Source: Octopus vulgaris | Taxonomy: Eukaryota | NCBI GenBank assembly: GCA_951406725.2 | Contig: OX597832.1 | Span: 4,898,001-4,962,000 of the forward strand | Direction: 5' to 3' | DNA: 64,000 nt | Shown: in pieces, positions 1 through 13,629 of the stretch | How the letters are laid out: each line of letters opens with the position of its first letter | How positions within the stretch are numbered: the first letter of the stretch is position 1 | Made by a program: the position numbers and the translations under genes | Notes under the pieces: model-generated | Databases searched by the model: none | What the model was told of the DNA's origin: nothing | What the model saw: the letters and a program-made list of their open reading frames with translations, nothing else

Positions 1-29
1 CACCTGCATAAAATGGGCTTTTTTATTAG

Positions 30-170
30 TTTTTACCTACCAAATCCACTCATGAGGCTTTGATCGGCCTGAGGCTATAATAGAAGGCAGTTGCCCAAGG
101 TGCTATGCAGTGGGACTGAACCCAGTACCATATAGTTTGGAAGCACGCTTCTTACCACATAGCCACACCT
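30..170 (-). mobile_element. SINE family A fragment
   Basis: Matches the head of the copies at 6400 and 54995. Confidence 0.7.
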
Positions 171-573
171 GTCCCTATATATATATATATTATATAAATA
201 TAAATAAATTTTATATATTATATGAATATATTTGTATATATGGGGAACAGATTTTCTTTCATACATGTTTCATTAAAACAACTATGTCCCAGGACTGCAT
301 TTACATATCTTTACATCAGTCTTAAGCAGTTAGTTTGGAATAAGAAAGTTCCTAGTTCCTTATTCAACATTTCCATACACACACATGTATGTGATATGTA
401 TATATGCATGTGTATGTATATATGTATGTTTACATATACACAGAGATATAAATCTATACATACACATAATGTAAATAATTGGTTTTTATCTCTTTATTTG
501 ATACCGTTTTAAAATTTTATTGTTAACTTTAGTTCTTTTTTAATACTTTATTCTTTTTTCTCTTTTTCTTTAG

Positions 574-1064
574 GTCACTCTGAATGCATTGAAGACATGT
601 TAGAGGCTGGGCTGGATTTGAATATTTTAGACAATGAATATCGAACACCTCTGTGGTATGCTTTATACAGTGGACGATTTGAAGCTGTTGAATCATTATT
701 GAAGTATACAAGTCATGTTGCTTCTTTTAATTGTCCCGCTCACGCTCCAGAAACATCTTGCCCTGTAAAGCTTGCATTTTTAAAAGGGGCTAAAAAAGTC
801 ATTAAACAGTTCATACTGATTGGTTTTGATAAAGATCATATTCGATATTATATACAGAATTCTGATGATGTTACTGCTGACTGGACGACTGTAGACCAAA
901 ATGACTGGTTTTCTTTTATTCAGCAGCCACTGACACTTCTGCAAATTAGCAGAATATGGATACGCCATTATCTGGGAAGATTATTTTACCTTAATGTTTC
1001 AAAGCTCCCTTTGCCAAAATCTTTCCAAGATTTCCTACTTTTCTCTGACTTCAAAAATATTTGA
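574..1064 (+). CDS. Terminal coding exon of an ankyrin repeat and SOCS box (ASB-like) protein; upstream exons lie outside the window
   Basis: Polypyrimidine tract plus TAG acceptor at 571-573. Translates GHSECIEDMLEAGLDLNILDNEYRTPLWYALYSG (ankyrin repeat) and ends PLTLLQISRIWIRHYLG...LPLPKSFQDFLLF (SOCS box: BC-box plus LPLP cullin box). Stop at 1064. Confidence 0.88.
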
Positions 1065-1123
1065 AGTCTGTATTAATTTAATTTTGTGGTAACCACATGT
1101 TTTCTTTTATGTAACATGTTTTA

Positions 1124-1129
1124 AATAAA
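1124..1129 (+). promoter_or_regulatory. Candidate polyadenylation signal of the ASB-like gene
   Basis: AATAAA 60 nt after the stop codon, followed by T/GT-rich sequence. Confidence 0.4.
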
Positions 1130-4100
1130 TTATTTTTTATGCAGCTTTTATATCATTGTGAGTTTTTTTCTTTTTGTTGGTACAAAGCAAACAAACATGC
1201 ATCCATACATTAAGTAAGCTTTGCAGTCACAACACAAATCATGACATATTTTCAGTGATCAGAATTAAGGCCGCTAAGAGGGAACACAATATATGTAAAT
1301 ATGTATCAATCGCAATGTGGAAAAATAAAAATAATGACATGACATAGGTATATTAAAAAATATACATTATAATTTTTTTACATGTAAGGACACTTGACAA
1401 ATGTATATGCTTTACTCAGTCTCATTTCTCTTCTTTATAAACTTGAAACCTTGTCTTTATATGAGAAATCAATATGTTTGATGTTTGTTTTGCTACAGAA
1501 TAAGAGCTAAGAAAGTGAGAAAACTCTTTTTTCTGGTTTTTAACCTTGATGAAATCATGTGTGTGCATATATATATTCATACATATAATGTTTTACTAAT
1601 CACAACTATTTCAAGTAATTTCAATGCCTAGATATCTGTCTTTGTAAATGAAGAAGTCAATGGTGTAGAAAAGTTGAAGGTTCTGCACTGGTCTCACTGT
1701 GGCATTAAGTTGGAGAAGGAACTTCTAATCCAAGAGGAGAAGGACGTATGATTGCAAAAATAGGCAACTTTCTATATTGACAGTGATAAGTATTTACAGT
1801 TAGAGATAGGTAACTACATCTGTGATATTACTTTTTCCCAAGTTATTGAGGCTGTGTGAAAGCAGATCCCTTGTAGGGTTCTCCAGTACCATATCAGAGA
1901 TCAAAGATTCTACAGATGCTACAGAAACTCTATAACTGATCACTGTAACAAAAGAGACTCAAAGGGATAGTTTTTTTGTTTTTTTTTTACTGTTCCCATT
2001 ACCTTTGTAGTGTTTAGAATGAAGATAATATGTCAAAGACATCAAAACAAAGGGCATATTCCTGCAGACAAAAATTGAAGAATTTAGTAAGGTGAGGGAT
2101 AAGTGTGAAATCATATTGAAAGTAGTTGAAGAAATATCATGAAATGTTACCTTTGAGTGATGAGAAATTCTCATATGGTAATTGCATATAGTGTAATTGT
2201 GTATACATGGCTGTAGAAAGGGATTTTGTTGTGTAATTGTGTGCATGTGTGTGTGTAGTTGGAATCAAAACAAGTGACACAGGTAGGGATAGTGAGTAAG
2301 AAGTTTGCTTTGTAACTTTGGAATTTCAACAGGTTTGAATATACCACCTTGGCAAAATCTTCTGATTTTCAGGTCAACAAAAACCTTGGTAGACAAAAAC
2401 TCTGTGGAAACCTGTTGGAAAGATTGTTCATGTTCTTGGATGGTACACTTAATGTCACTTGGTTTAACCCTTTGCCTGTCCTGTGTATCACATTTGATAC
2501 ACAGGACATATGTCCCTGGTGTTCATGTGTCATATAGGATACACATTCCCAATTTTTTTCAGCCACCGAAGTAACTTGAAACTTATGAATGGAAAGCATT
2601 ATATTACCCAGAATGTATGAAATAAGGGCTAACTAAAAGTCTGAAAACAAGCATGGATGTTTAGGACAAATTTATGAAAATACTTTGGACAGGCAAAAGG
2701 TTAATATAACCTCCACCACCTGACCCTTAGGTGTCTAAGACAAAGGCTACCTTGTCGCAAGCATTTAGGTCAAGACACTTGTATAAAGATAACTTCCTTC
2801 CACCAGTTTGAGAAGTCCTGAAAATAGTCATGGACACTTAACTTTTTCCACTTATTTAGTTAACAAAAAAAGCAATCCACAATCAAGAAGGATTTGTGAG
2901 TAACTAACAGATCTATTTTGATTGAGGAATGGCAGGGAAAAATACTTTGCAAAGTGATCCTTGGACTTCTATGATGATAATTTGAAGGTGTTACAAAGAT
3001 CAACTGGTTATTGCAAACAGTATTTTTCCCAAGTGAACCACTTGGGAGATATTGAGGTTATGTGAGGGATGTGTAGGGATATAGCTCAGAAGAGAGTATC
3101 AGTTACCTTTTTAGTAGTTTTTGATGGACCATAGCACGTATGTTTTCTAACAAAAATAGTTAACATAAAACTAACAGCTCTAAGTTTGGGGACAGAGTTA
3201 TATGGTAGAAAATCAGATATATTCCTTTTGCTACAATAAATCTTCCACTTTGTGAATCTATTTGATTGACAGTAATCTAACTATCAAATGAGAGCAGAGA
3301 CCCCAATTGCTGAGAAATGGTTCTATCAGAGATGAGAAATAGTGTGTCAAAGATATCCAAAATATCAAACGAATGGGAAAGCAATAAATTGAACCAAAGG
3401 AAGACAAAGTCTCAATAACAGTTGACTAGTGGAAAAAGTAGATTCTATACAGATATATGATGCCATATTTCAGAAAGAAATTGAAATATAATGTAGTTTG
3501 GACAGCAGAGATCAGATATGAGGTGAAATATATAGATGGGTTACTGAGAAGAATTGATGATGTGACTTAAGTCATATCTCATGCTCCCACTGTGATTCTA
3601 GTTTCAACAATTGTACTAATGAGATGGATCTTTACTGCTTGCACACAGGAGAGAACTGGATGTTTTTTTTTTTTTTCTTTATACTTTATGTGCTTTATTA
3701 AAATCTTCAGAAACATAATACCACACATCTCCCTTTGTAGTCTCAGCTGACTGAGACAACTAAATGATTTACCAACAGTGCTGAAAACAAGTTCTCTTAA
3801 CTGTTTGAAGGATATTTTTAAGAATTGTCATTGAATTTAATTTTTGGATTTCATTCATATTGTTGTTGATATTAACTCCAAGTTAACCCTAATATAGAAA
3901 TCTGAGAATCAAAAATTAAAATCAGTTTGAAGGAAAGGTGAGAGAAGTAGGAGTGGATCAGGGAGAGGGTAGCTGTACAAAAAGGGTGGTGGGCAGAGCA
4001 GAAGTACAATAAAATAGCAGATAAATGAAAAACAGGGAGACGTGAAGTGTGGGGGGAGATAGAGGGATACACAATGATAGAGCTGGAGGCCAGAGGTATG

Positions 4101-4253
4101 TAGGGGTGAATATAGTGAGTGACAAAAAAAGGGTGGGGATCATAGATAGCAGGATATGAGAGGGTGCATATCCATAATTTAAGGTTAAATACCCTTTCCA
4201 GGTAATATGTTTTGGAATTAAATTTTAAATAACTCTCTCTATGCCAACAAATA

Positions 4254-5327
4254 CAGGCTGTTCTAGTTAAATTTGACAATTCTTTTACTTCTTTTTTCAG
4301 GAATAGCTTGATATGTTAGTGAACAGTCAATATAAAGATTAAAATTATTTTTGAGAAAAAGTTTGCTGACATGGAGGATTGAAAGCCATCTGAATCTTTG
4401 ATGATTTGTGCCAGGTACCAAAATGCTGACACCATGACTGCTGATCAATGTTCTGTGGATACTATAAAGACTGGTAGACAAGACAGGGACAACTGTAGTG
4501 GAGACTACAAAGCTGTGGCCAGCATGAAGGGACATGGCAGTCATTCTGACTGCATCCATATACCAGAATTCATTCAGCAACTGATGAACAGGGCCCAAGA
4601 TTCAATTCAGACAGCTTCATAAAGCTGTTGGAGACTGTGGTCAATTCCTGACTGGAGAGGGTTGCTGCTAGAAGGTTATGTGTGTGGCAGCAGGATTTGG
4701 CTCATTGCCATACCTTCAGAAAGTGCCAGAAGGTGGCGAACTGGCAGAAACATTAGCACACCAGGTGAAATACTTAGCAGTATTTCGTCTGCCGCTACGT
4801 TCTGAGTTCAAATTCCACCGAGGTCGACTTTGCCTTTCATCCTTTCGGGGTCGATTCAATAAGTACCAGTTACGCTCTGGGGTCGATGTAATCGACTTAA
4901 TCCATTTGTATGTCCTTGTTTGTCCCCTCTGTGTAGCCCCTTGTGGTCAGTAAAGAAATCAGAAAGTGCCAGAAGTGGTTGTCAGAGATTTTCTACAACT
5001 TCAACAGCCCCAATTTCTGATCTCCTATTTCCCCCAATTATAATCCTATGGATTTCTATGTTTGAGGCATGACTGAGAAAGACACCTGCAACACTAAGGC
5101 TAAGCTAGTGGCCAAATGAAGGAAGAGTTTGAAGACCTTCCTAGAAATACAGAGCCATCTTGCTACTGTGGTAGAAGCTGAGGGTGGCTGCTTTGTGTAA
5201 TCTATTATCTCCCAGCCATAATCTAGGTGACACTTTTCGATCTTTTAAAAAATACTTTTATTTTTGAATGGAATATTGTGTTTTCTTTTCCTTTGTGCAA
5301 ACTGTCAAATTTAGCCTGAACATCCTG
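4254..5327 (+). mobile_element. Degenerate Tc1/mariner-superfamily DNA transposon
   Basis: TA-flanked TIRs caggctgttctagttaaatttgaca / tgtcaaatttagcctgaacatcctg; remnant SP.YNPMDFYV (SPDLNP-like) near 5030-5065. Confidence 0.7.
4733..4958 (+). mobile_element. tRNA-derived SINE (family B) nested in the Tc1/mariner relic, with 17-bp TSD
   Basis: tcagaaagtgccagaag duplicated at 4716-4732 and 4959-4975; B-box-like gagttcaaattcc. Confidence 0.85.
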
Positions 5328-6054
5328 TATACAAACGTCTCTCTATATTTAGTAATTTGCTTGTTAATTACTTTGGCAAGTCATGCTGAACTTGCCAAAG
5401 AATGACACTATTTCATCAGTAAATATAGGAATACTTGCTAATAAAGAAGTATTAGCCATTAAGAAATATTTCTCTTTCACCACATATTTCACCCTAGTTT
5501 TAGCTTTACCATGTCCTAATAATGAGAAAGTAAATTTGTACTCCCAGGCCAGTAGAGTAAATAGCTGATGATCTACTACGAAAAACGGGACGGGGGTCTT
5601 TGCATTAAAGATACAGCATATTTTACACAAACATGGTATAGTAAATTTTTAAATGCTTTTTAATTTTTCTTTTCTTTTTTTTTTTTTTGCAAAATGTGTA
5701 AGTGAGGGCAAGGTGATTGGATAGTGAAAAGTGTATGTTTTTTTTTTTTAATTGGACTAAATTTTTTTATATCACCTATCATTTAACACATAAGTGCAAT
5801 TCTGTGAAACATTCATGCTTATTTACAAGGCAGATATATGCAATTTAATTAATGGTTGTATCGTATGTATGGGATTTGTTTTTTTTTGTTTATAGGGAAA
5901 ATAGACAAAAAGAGTGAATATTTATTTTATGAGTGCTGATTATCTTAAAAAGAAGATTTTCTCTGTATGTATGTATGTTGAAAATTCATATATTTACATA
6001 ATTCCAAATTTAGTGGATGAAAAAATCAGAATTAATATTCTAAATACCATAACC

Positions 6055-6290
6055 TAATTCTGGAGGTGCATGGCTTAGTGGTTAGGGTGTTGGACTCATG
6101 ATTGTAAGATTGTGTTTTTGATTCCTGGACAGAGCAATGCATTGTGTTCTTAAGCAAAACACTTCATTTCACATTGCTCCACTCCACTCAGCTGTAGAAA
6201 GGAGTACCACTAGTGGAAGCATGTCACTTAGTAGTTAGGGTGTTGGATTTATGACCCTAATATTATAGTTTCAATCCCTGGACCAAAACA
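6055..6290 (+). repeat. 236-bp copy of 11334-11569 (two tandem degenerate tRNA-SINE heads)
   Basis: One mismatch seen between the two copies. Confidence 0.85.
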
Positions 6291-6399
6291 TTTTTTCGGT
6301 CAAAATAACTCCTAATTACGAAAAAAAATCAATAAAATTACTTCTGCTAGTTAAGTCTATAAAATTGTACATAGAGTATATAAAGTGTATATATAAAGT

Positions 6400-6537
6400 A
6401 GGAGTGGCTGTGTGGTAAGTAGCTTGCTTACAAACCACATGGTTCCAGGTTCAGTCCCACTGCATAGCCTCGGGTCGACCAAAGCCTTGTGAGTGGATTT
6501 GGTAGTTGGAAACTGAAAGAAGCCCGTCGTATATATG

Positions 6538-6568
<31 letters not shown>

Positions 6569-6800
6569 ATGTGTGTGTGTGTGCGTGTGTGTATGTTTGT
6601 GTGTCTGTGTTTGTCCCCCAACATCACTTGACAACCGTGTTTATGTCCCTGTAACTTAGCAGTTCGGCAAAAGAGACTGATAGAATAAGTACTAGGCTTA
6701 CAAAGAATAAGTCCTGGGGTCGATTTGCTCGACTAAAGGCGGTGCTCCAGCATGGCCACAATCAAATGACTGAAACAAGTAAAAGAGTAAAAAAGAGAGA
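6400..6800 (+). mobile_element. tRNA-derived SINE family A with internal (TA)n(TG)n
   Basis: ggagtggctgtgtggtaag...ggttcagtccca head; caaatgactgaaacaagtaaaaga tail; many copies in the window. Confidence 0.85.
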
Positions 6801-7331
6801 GTATAAAGTGCATCAAGGAATCATCGTTTTCCAATTTCTTTCATTTTTCAATGAGCAGCAGATGAGTTACCATCTTTCTATAAAGACACAACACAGGCTA
6901 CACTTTCAGGTTTTTTGGATAAAGTTTTCAGAAATAACTCAATAGGTTTACCATTAATTCCATGAAACATTCAAAGGTCTCACTAATTTCAATAATTTCT
7001 ACTTTTTAACTGTATCATGTGCTAATATAATAGGAAAAGGACCATTTCCGTAGGTCATGGAGAAGCTATAGAGAATATTTTAAATTGATTTTTTTTAGAT
7101 TTAATAGAGTTTTGATTTACATATCATGTACCATTCTTCCAAATATCTAGGTCAAACTTTCATTTGACCTAGATATTTTAAATTTTAGTTGCATCTCTGA
7201 TCTTCCTGATGTCTAAAGATAGATATTGAAATGTATGAGCCTTTTTTCAAATGTAATTCTAGAGAACTGAAGAGGCAAATTTACCTTACTTTGTCTTCCT
7301 CATTTTGTCCCACCTAAATTTGTCTTTTGCA

Positions 7332-7525
7332 TTCTTTTACTTGTTTCAGTCATTTGACTGTGGCCATGCTGGAGCACTGCCTTTAGTTGAGCAAATCGAC
7401 CCCAGGACTTATTCTTTGCAAGCCTAGTACTTTCACCGAACCGCTAAGTTACAACGTCATAAATGTACCAGCATCAGTTATCAAGTGACGGTGGAGGGAA
7501 GCCAAACACAGACACACAAACATAT
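7332..7525 (-). mobile_element. SINE family A 3' half
   Basis: Reverse complement of the 6640-6790 tail. Confidence 0.75.
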
Positions 7526-7542
7526 ACACATACATATATATA

Positions 7543-10212
7543 TCATCATCATCATCATCGTTTAACTCCACTTTCCATGCTGGCATGGGTTTGACGGTTT
7601 GACTGAGGACTGACGAGCCAGATGGCTGCAGCAGGCTCCAATCTGATCTGGTGGAGTTTCTACAGCTGGATGCCCTTCTTAATGCCAACCACTCTGAGAG
7701 TGTAGTGGGTGCTTTTATGTGCCACCAGCACGAGGGCCAGTCAGGTGGTACTGGCAACGGCCACACTCAAATGGTGTTTTTTACATGCCACCTGCACAGG
7801 AGCCAGTGCAGCGGCACTGACAATGACCTCACTCAAATGTTGTCTTTCACGTGCCTGTAAGGTGATGTTGGTAACAATCACACTTGAATGCTGCTCTTTA
7901 CATGCTACCGACACAGGAGCCAGTCAGCAGCCCTGACAATGATCACACTCGGATGGTGCTCTTAGCGCTCCACTAGCACAGACGCCAGTCAATCAAATTT
8001 GATTTCAATTTCACTTGCCTCAGCAGATCTTCGCAAGCAGAGTTTAGTGTCCAATGAAGGAAAGATACACATAAGTGGGCTGGTTAAACCACTGGCATGG
8101 GCCATGGTTTATGGTCTCACTTGACTTCTTGGGTCTTCTCAAGCACAGCATATTTCCAATGGTCTTGGTCACTAGTCATTGCCTTGGTGAGGCATAATGT
8201 TTGAAGGTCATGCTTCACCACTTCATCCCAGGTCTTCCTGGGTCTACCTCTTCCACACGTTCCCTCAACCGCTAGAGTGTGACACTTTTTCACACAGCTA
8301 TCCACATCCATTCTCACCACATGACCATACCAGTGCAGTCGTCTCTCTTACACACCACATCTGATGCTTCTTAAGTCCAACTTTTCTCTCAAGGCACTTA
8401 CACTCTGTCGTTTATGCACACTGACATTACACATCCAGGGAAGCATGCTAGCTTCATTCCTTGCAAGCTTACACATGTCCTCAGCAGTTACAGCCCATGT
8501 TTCACTGCCATGTAGCATGGCTATTCATACACATCTGTCATACAGTCTACCTTTTCCCTCTGTGCGAGAAGCCCTTTGTCACCAGCAGAGGTAGGAGCTT
8601 CCTGAACTTTGCCCATGCTATTCTTATTCTAGTAGCTACACTTTCAGAGCACCCATTCCTGCTACTGACTTGGTCACCTAGGTAATAGAAGCTGTCAACT
8701 ACTAGTAGTTTTTCTCCCTGGAATGTGGCAGTTGTTCTCTGCACATTTTCAGTGTTTATTACTCCTGAGCATCCGCCACATACAAAAACTATCGTCCCAG
8801 ATAGCCTTCCTTTGATATTGCTGCACCTCTTATGTGTCCATAGCTTACACTGGGTACATCTTATAGAGTTTTCTACAGATTGAGCAGGGCCATCTACCTG
8901 AAGGGATTTGTGGTTTGCCTGCCTTCCTACTTATTAGGACTTTGGTTTTAGCTAGGCCCTTCTCTAAGGCCCTTCAATTCTAACCCTTCCTTCCACACCT
9001 GAAACTTCTCTAGTTCTGATAGTGACTCAACAATTAGAGGAGCTCCCAGGGGCATCCTGTCTTGAATTCCTCTGTTATTGCCTGGAGGACTATGATAAAT
9101 AGGAGGGGGCTGAGGACTGAACCTTGGTGGACCCCTACCTCTAACCAGAATTCTTCACTGTACTCATTGCCAACCCTCACCTTACTGACAGCATCCCTGT
9201 ACATGGCTTGCACAGCTCTCACTAACCATTCATCTATCCCTAGTTTCCTCATTGACTACCAGATAAGGGATTGGGTGACCCTGTCAAAGGGTTTCTCCAT
9301 GTCAACGAAAGCCAGGTACAGAGGTTTATCTTTGGCTAGGTATTTCTCCTGCAGCTGCCTTACCAGAAATATAGCATCAGTGGTGCTTTTCCCAGGCACA
9401 AACCCAAACTGCATCTCATCTAAACTGACCCTCTCCGTGACCTTCATTACCTGATCCAACAACTTGACACCTCTGTAATTATTCGTATCTAAAGCGTCAC
9501 CTTTACCTTTGTAGCAATCGACTATGGTGTTGCTACACTAGTCATTGGGTGACTCCTTTATGTATCACCTGGTTAACTATACGGATGACTAGGCTATAGC
9601 CAACACTGCCAGATATTTTGAGCATCTCTGCAGTGATTCCTGATGGGTTGGGGGCTTTCCCTGTCTTCATACTCTTAATTGCTTTATCTACTAAGGTACT
9701 GTCAATTCGGATAGCTGATCCTTCTGTTGGGTTGACATTTGGCAGACTCTCTTTCTCTCATTCATTCTCTTTATTGAGCAACCTTTCAGAGTGGCGTCTC
9801 CAAACCTCTCTTTGCAACCTTGTTTAATGCAAGTGAACCATCATCCATGCAGATACATTTCTCTCCTACGACATCATGATTCTCTCTCTCACAATGTCTT
9901 GCAACGTGAAATACCTCAAGACTTTGGTCTTCACAGCACAGAACATTGGCAAATTTTTTCTTATCTGCTTCCCCTCTGGCTAAATAAACCTGTCTCCTAG
10001 CTTCCCTTCTGGCAGTCTGATACAATTCCCTGCTACCATCATTCTTCCTGTCCTTCCAAGTCTGTTTCTTTTCTCTAATAGCCCTGTCAACAACATTGTT
10101 CCACCACCACATTACCTTGAGTTGAGAGGGGACTTTGCATCATCCACAGATCTAGTCAGTGGCCCTCAGCAGGCTGTCCCGTAGAAATCTCCAGTTGTCT
10201 TCCACATCATGT
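7543..10212 (-). mobile_element. RTE-clade LINE, 5'-truncated, decayed
   Basis: RT motifs QFGFVPGKSTTDAIF, AFVDMEK.FDRV, GVHQGSVLSPLLF; C-terminal GRGRPRKTW; 3' UTR with short tandem units and a (CAT)n tail. Confidence 0.9.
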
Positions 10213-10254
10213 GATGCTATATCCCCTATTTTATCAAAGGCTTCATATATACAC

Positions 10255-10412
10255 ACAACGGGCTTCTTTCAGTTTCCATCTACCAAATCCACTCACAAGG
10301 CTTTGGTCAACCCAAGGCTATAGTAGAAGATACTTTCCCGAGGTGCCACGCAGTGGGATTGAACCCAGAACCATGTGGTTGGTAAGCAAGCTACTTACCA
10401 CACAACTGCTCC
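10255..10412 (-). mobile_element. SINE family A head
   Basis: Reverse complement of the family A head. Confidence 0.75.
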
Positions 10413-11333
10413 TATTCAAAGAAAACAGATAATTTTCTGAAATAGTGTTTAAAATATGTTTTAGTGTTTTTAATGCATTTAGAGACGGTCGTTTATTTAG
10501 CTTATATATCGTTTTTGTAAGGTTGTGGACATTTGCAAAAGCAATCTTGTTTTTCAAGAATGCAATAACTATTACTCATTCTACCCCACCTCCCATTTAT
10601 ATATTTTAGTTTTATTCAGTCTAATAATAACAAAGGAAAAAGCTTTTATGTCTTCTGCCTATACATTGGCTACTACTGCTGCTACTTCCAAGAAAAGCAC
10701 TTATAAGAACTACTACCAGAGAAAATAATCATCTATTTGGCCATTATCAGCATTTTATCTTGCTAGCAGAACAAATCATTGATTTCTGTATCAGAGTTTG
10801 CACTCTCGCCAACCCACATTACAGACTCAGGTGTTTCCCAAGACACCTGTGTTTTTGCACAATCTTTCTTCTGTACATTAATCATGCATTTACTGTAGTT
10901 TCAAACATTCTGCTCATAGATGCCATCTGCAAGCAACTTGTTCCTTACAAATCCATCCTTTTCTTTTTTTTATTTGTCCCCAGCATGTCCCCTTTTCTCC
11001 TGACAGGTTAAATTAACTTTCAGAAAGTGTTAGTACTTGTTTAACATCCCAAAAATTAACACAAAAATTATTTTGCTCTAGAAAGCAAGTCAATGTTGCT
11101 TAATAGATTATTTCTGGTGCCAAAACAATCACAGACAGAAGTAATAAAGGTTTTTAACATAGAAGCAACACCATAAATTTCAAAGAGTAAGTTGATTACA
11201 TTGACTCCAGGACATGACTGGTATTCTATTTTATCAATCCAAGAGGATGAAAGGCAAAGTCTTCATAGGTGAGATTTGAACTCAGAATGCTTACATTGAG
11301 CCAAAATCCCCATCCCTTTTTTTGATGCTCTAA

Positions 11334-11610
11334 TAATTCTGGAGGTGCATGGCTTAGTGGTTAGGGTGTTGGACTCATGATTGTAAGATTGTGTTTTTGA
11401 TTCCTGGACAGAGCAATGCATTGTGTTCTTAAGCAAAACACTTCATTTCACATTGCTCCACTCCACTCAGCTGTAGAAAGGAGTACCACTAGTGGAAGCA
11501 TGTCACTTAGTAGTTAGGGTGTTGGATTTATGACCCTAATATTATGGTTTCAATCCCTGGACCAAAACACTTAATTTCATATTGCTACAGTCCACTCAGC
11601 TGTAGAAATG
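11334..11610 (+). mobile_element. Tandem degenerate tRNA-SINE heads (family C)
   Basis: ggaggtgcatggcttagtggttagggtgttggactcatga (A-box-like) repeated twice; related copies at 26310-26625. Confidence 0.7.
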
Positions 11611-12627
11611 AGTTAGGCCTGGAGAGGGATGGGCTCTGCCAGGCTTTCTCACTCTAGATACACTGCATGGCTGCAGCATCCCAATGACCCCCACCCCCAA
11701 GGGTTAAGGGACTTATCGGTTGTCAATGATTCTGCCAATCCTTCTCAATAATTTTCAACATAAGCACAAGACCGAAATTTGTGGGAAGGGAACAGTTAAT
11801 GACAGGTACTTTATTTTATCGAACCCAGAAGGCCGAAACATAAAATTGGCCCAAGTGGGATTTTAACTCTAATGTGAAGAATTGGAAAAAAATACTACAA
11901 GGTATTTTATTCAATGCTCTACTGGTTTTACCAATCCACTGAAAAGATTAATTATCTCAATATCAATAACACCTAACATTATAATAACAATACAATCACA
12001 AATATCACACATATCTTATAGGGTAACATTCATATCTGTCATTAATAGTATTGTATCCAATTATATTTTATTGTATTATATAATTATATCCAATTATATT
12101 TTATTACAAAACAAAATCAATTGACCCTACTTCACAGAAAGTATGCCCAATTATAATCAGAATTATCAACGAACAAATCTGAAGTAGGATCATTGTATTT
12201 ATCGTCTGTATGTTCACTTATTCTATGCAGACATAGGTTGCACAACACATCTTTAGACAGTATATGAAAATCAGATGCCCTTCATATCAAGTAAAATATT
12301 TTATTTCATGTCTTCACACACAGAACTACTGAGGTTGGATGGTTTGTTTACCAGACATGAAGAGACAGTCACACAAACACATGTCATCTCATCTTTTAAC
12401 ATCCATCTTCCAAACCAACATATACACACACACACACACATACATATCCTCCCCTTTGTGTATATATCATCAACTACTTCTTAACAACCCTTATTCTTCA
12501 TCTCTATTCACCTTCATGTATCTTCAGAGTCCACCTTGGCATTTCATCACTACTATTTTATCCCTTTCCAGTAACACCCTGGTTACTCCCACTCTTTAGT
12601 GTGTGTGTACACACACACATCTTTATA

Positions 12628-13345
12628 CACAGGGGTTGGCCAAAATAATGAAAACATCACTTTTTACTTACATTTTTTTTATTATAGACAATATGATAAA
12701 TCCAAAACTGTTCTAGTCTCTCTATATGTGTTCATGTGCATTATGTATATTATGTTCTTCATGATATAGCCCCCTGTTATACTTTTTTTTTCAGATATTT
12801 ATATTTAAACAAGTTAAAATGCATGACATTTGATTTCCGAAGAGAAATGATTGTTGGAGCATGGATGGCTGGAGTTTTAGTCACTAAAACTGTTGAATTA
12901 GTTAATCTTTTGAGAGGTACAGTCTCTAAAATCATGTTGGCATCCCAAAACCAAGGTAAAACCACCTAACTCTGGCAAGCATAATTCTGGGCATAAGGCA
13001 ACTCTCACAGAGAGAGGATTGCAGAACAGTGAAACACATAGTTTAAAACCACTGAACAACAGTAGCAAAAATTAAACCTTGCTAACCCCATGTCAACTGA
13101 AACTATTTGTTATGAGCTCCATAAAGTTGGATATGAAGGGAGGGCCACAATTGCTAAACTTTTCCTGTTGCTATCAACATTGATAAGCAAAACATTTTTT
13201 TTTTTAAATGGTGTTAAAACTATTAGAAGTGGTCAATGACTCAATGGGACAATGTCATCTTCTCTGATGAATCATCATTCATCCCTTTCTTACTTTGGGA
13301 TGACTTTATGTCTGGATACGGCCTAAAGAAGCCCTAAACCTTGAC
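12628..13345 (+). mobile_element. Tc1-like transposon fragment
   Basis: caggggttggccaaaataatgaaaaca TIR-like start; HTH remnant REMIVGAWMAG...RGTVSKIM; WDNVIFSDESSF near 13245-13280. Confidence 0.75.
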
Positions 13346-13503
13346 TAAACAGGAGACACATGGGATGGTGAGTCACTGAAGAGATAACAGGATGTGTGAT
13401 GAAAGATTTCAGACAAAGGACACTAAAATAAGAATAATATTAAAACAAGAGTGAAGACCAAGTATATAGTTAATTGGCAGAAAATATTACCATCCCCAAA
13501 TGT

Positions 13504-13545
<42 letters not shown>

Positions 13546-13629
13546 ATAAAATTTTCTTATAAAGTATGTTTTCAAGTATACTTCAAAATATATGAGCTGT
13601 ATTAAGAAGTGCTCATTGCAAGCTAACTC

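Noticed and set aside
75-512. Short ORFs with Y/I/H/T/C/V runs here and throughout the window
   Set aside because: Translations of (TA)n, (CA)n and SINE sequence; no coding signal
1600-3620. Purine-rich stretch that may be an old retroelement on the minus strand
   Set aside because: No motif could be read with confidence; left unannotated
6061-6135. tRNA-like sequence
   Set aside because: A SINE head with degenerate boxes; no intact cloverleaf could be built, so no tRNA gene is called
7141-7178. 16-bp perfect stem hairpin (also a small one at 45055-45081)
   Set aside because: Short and AT-rich; likely a transposon remnant or chance, with no functional evidence
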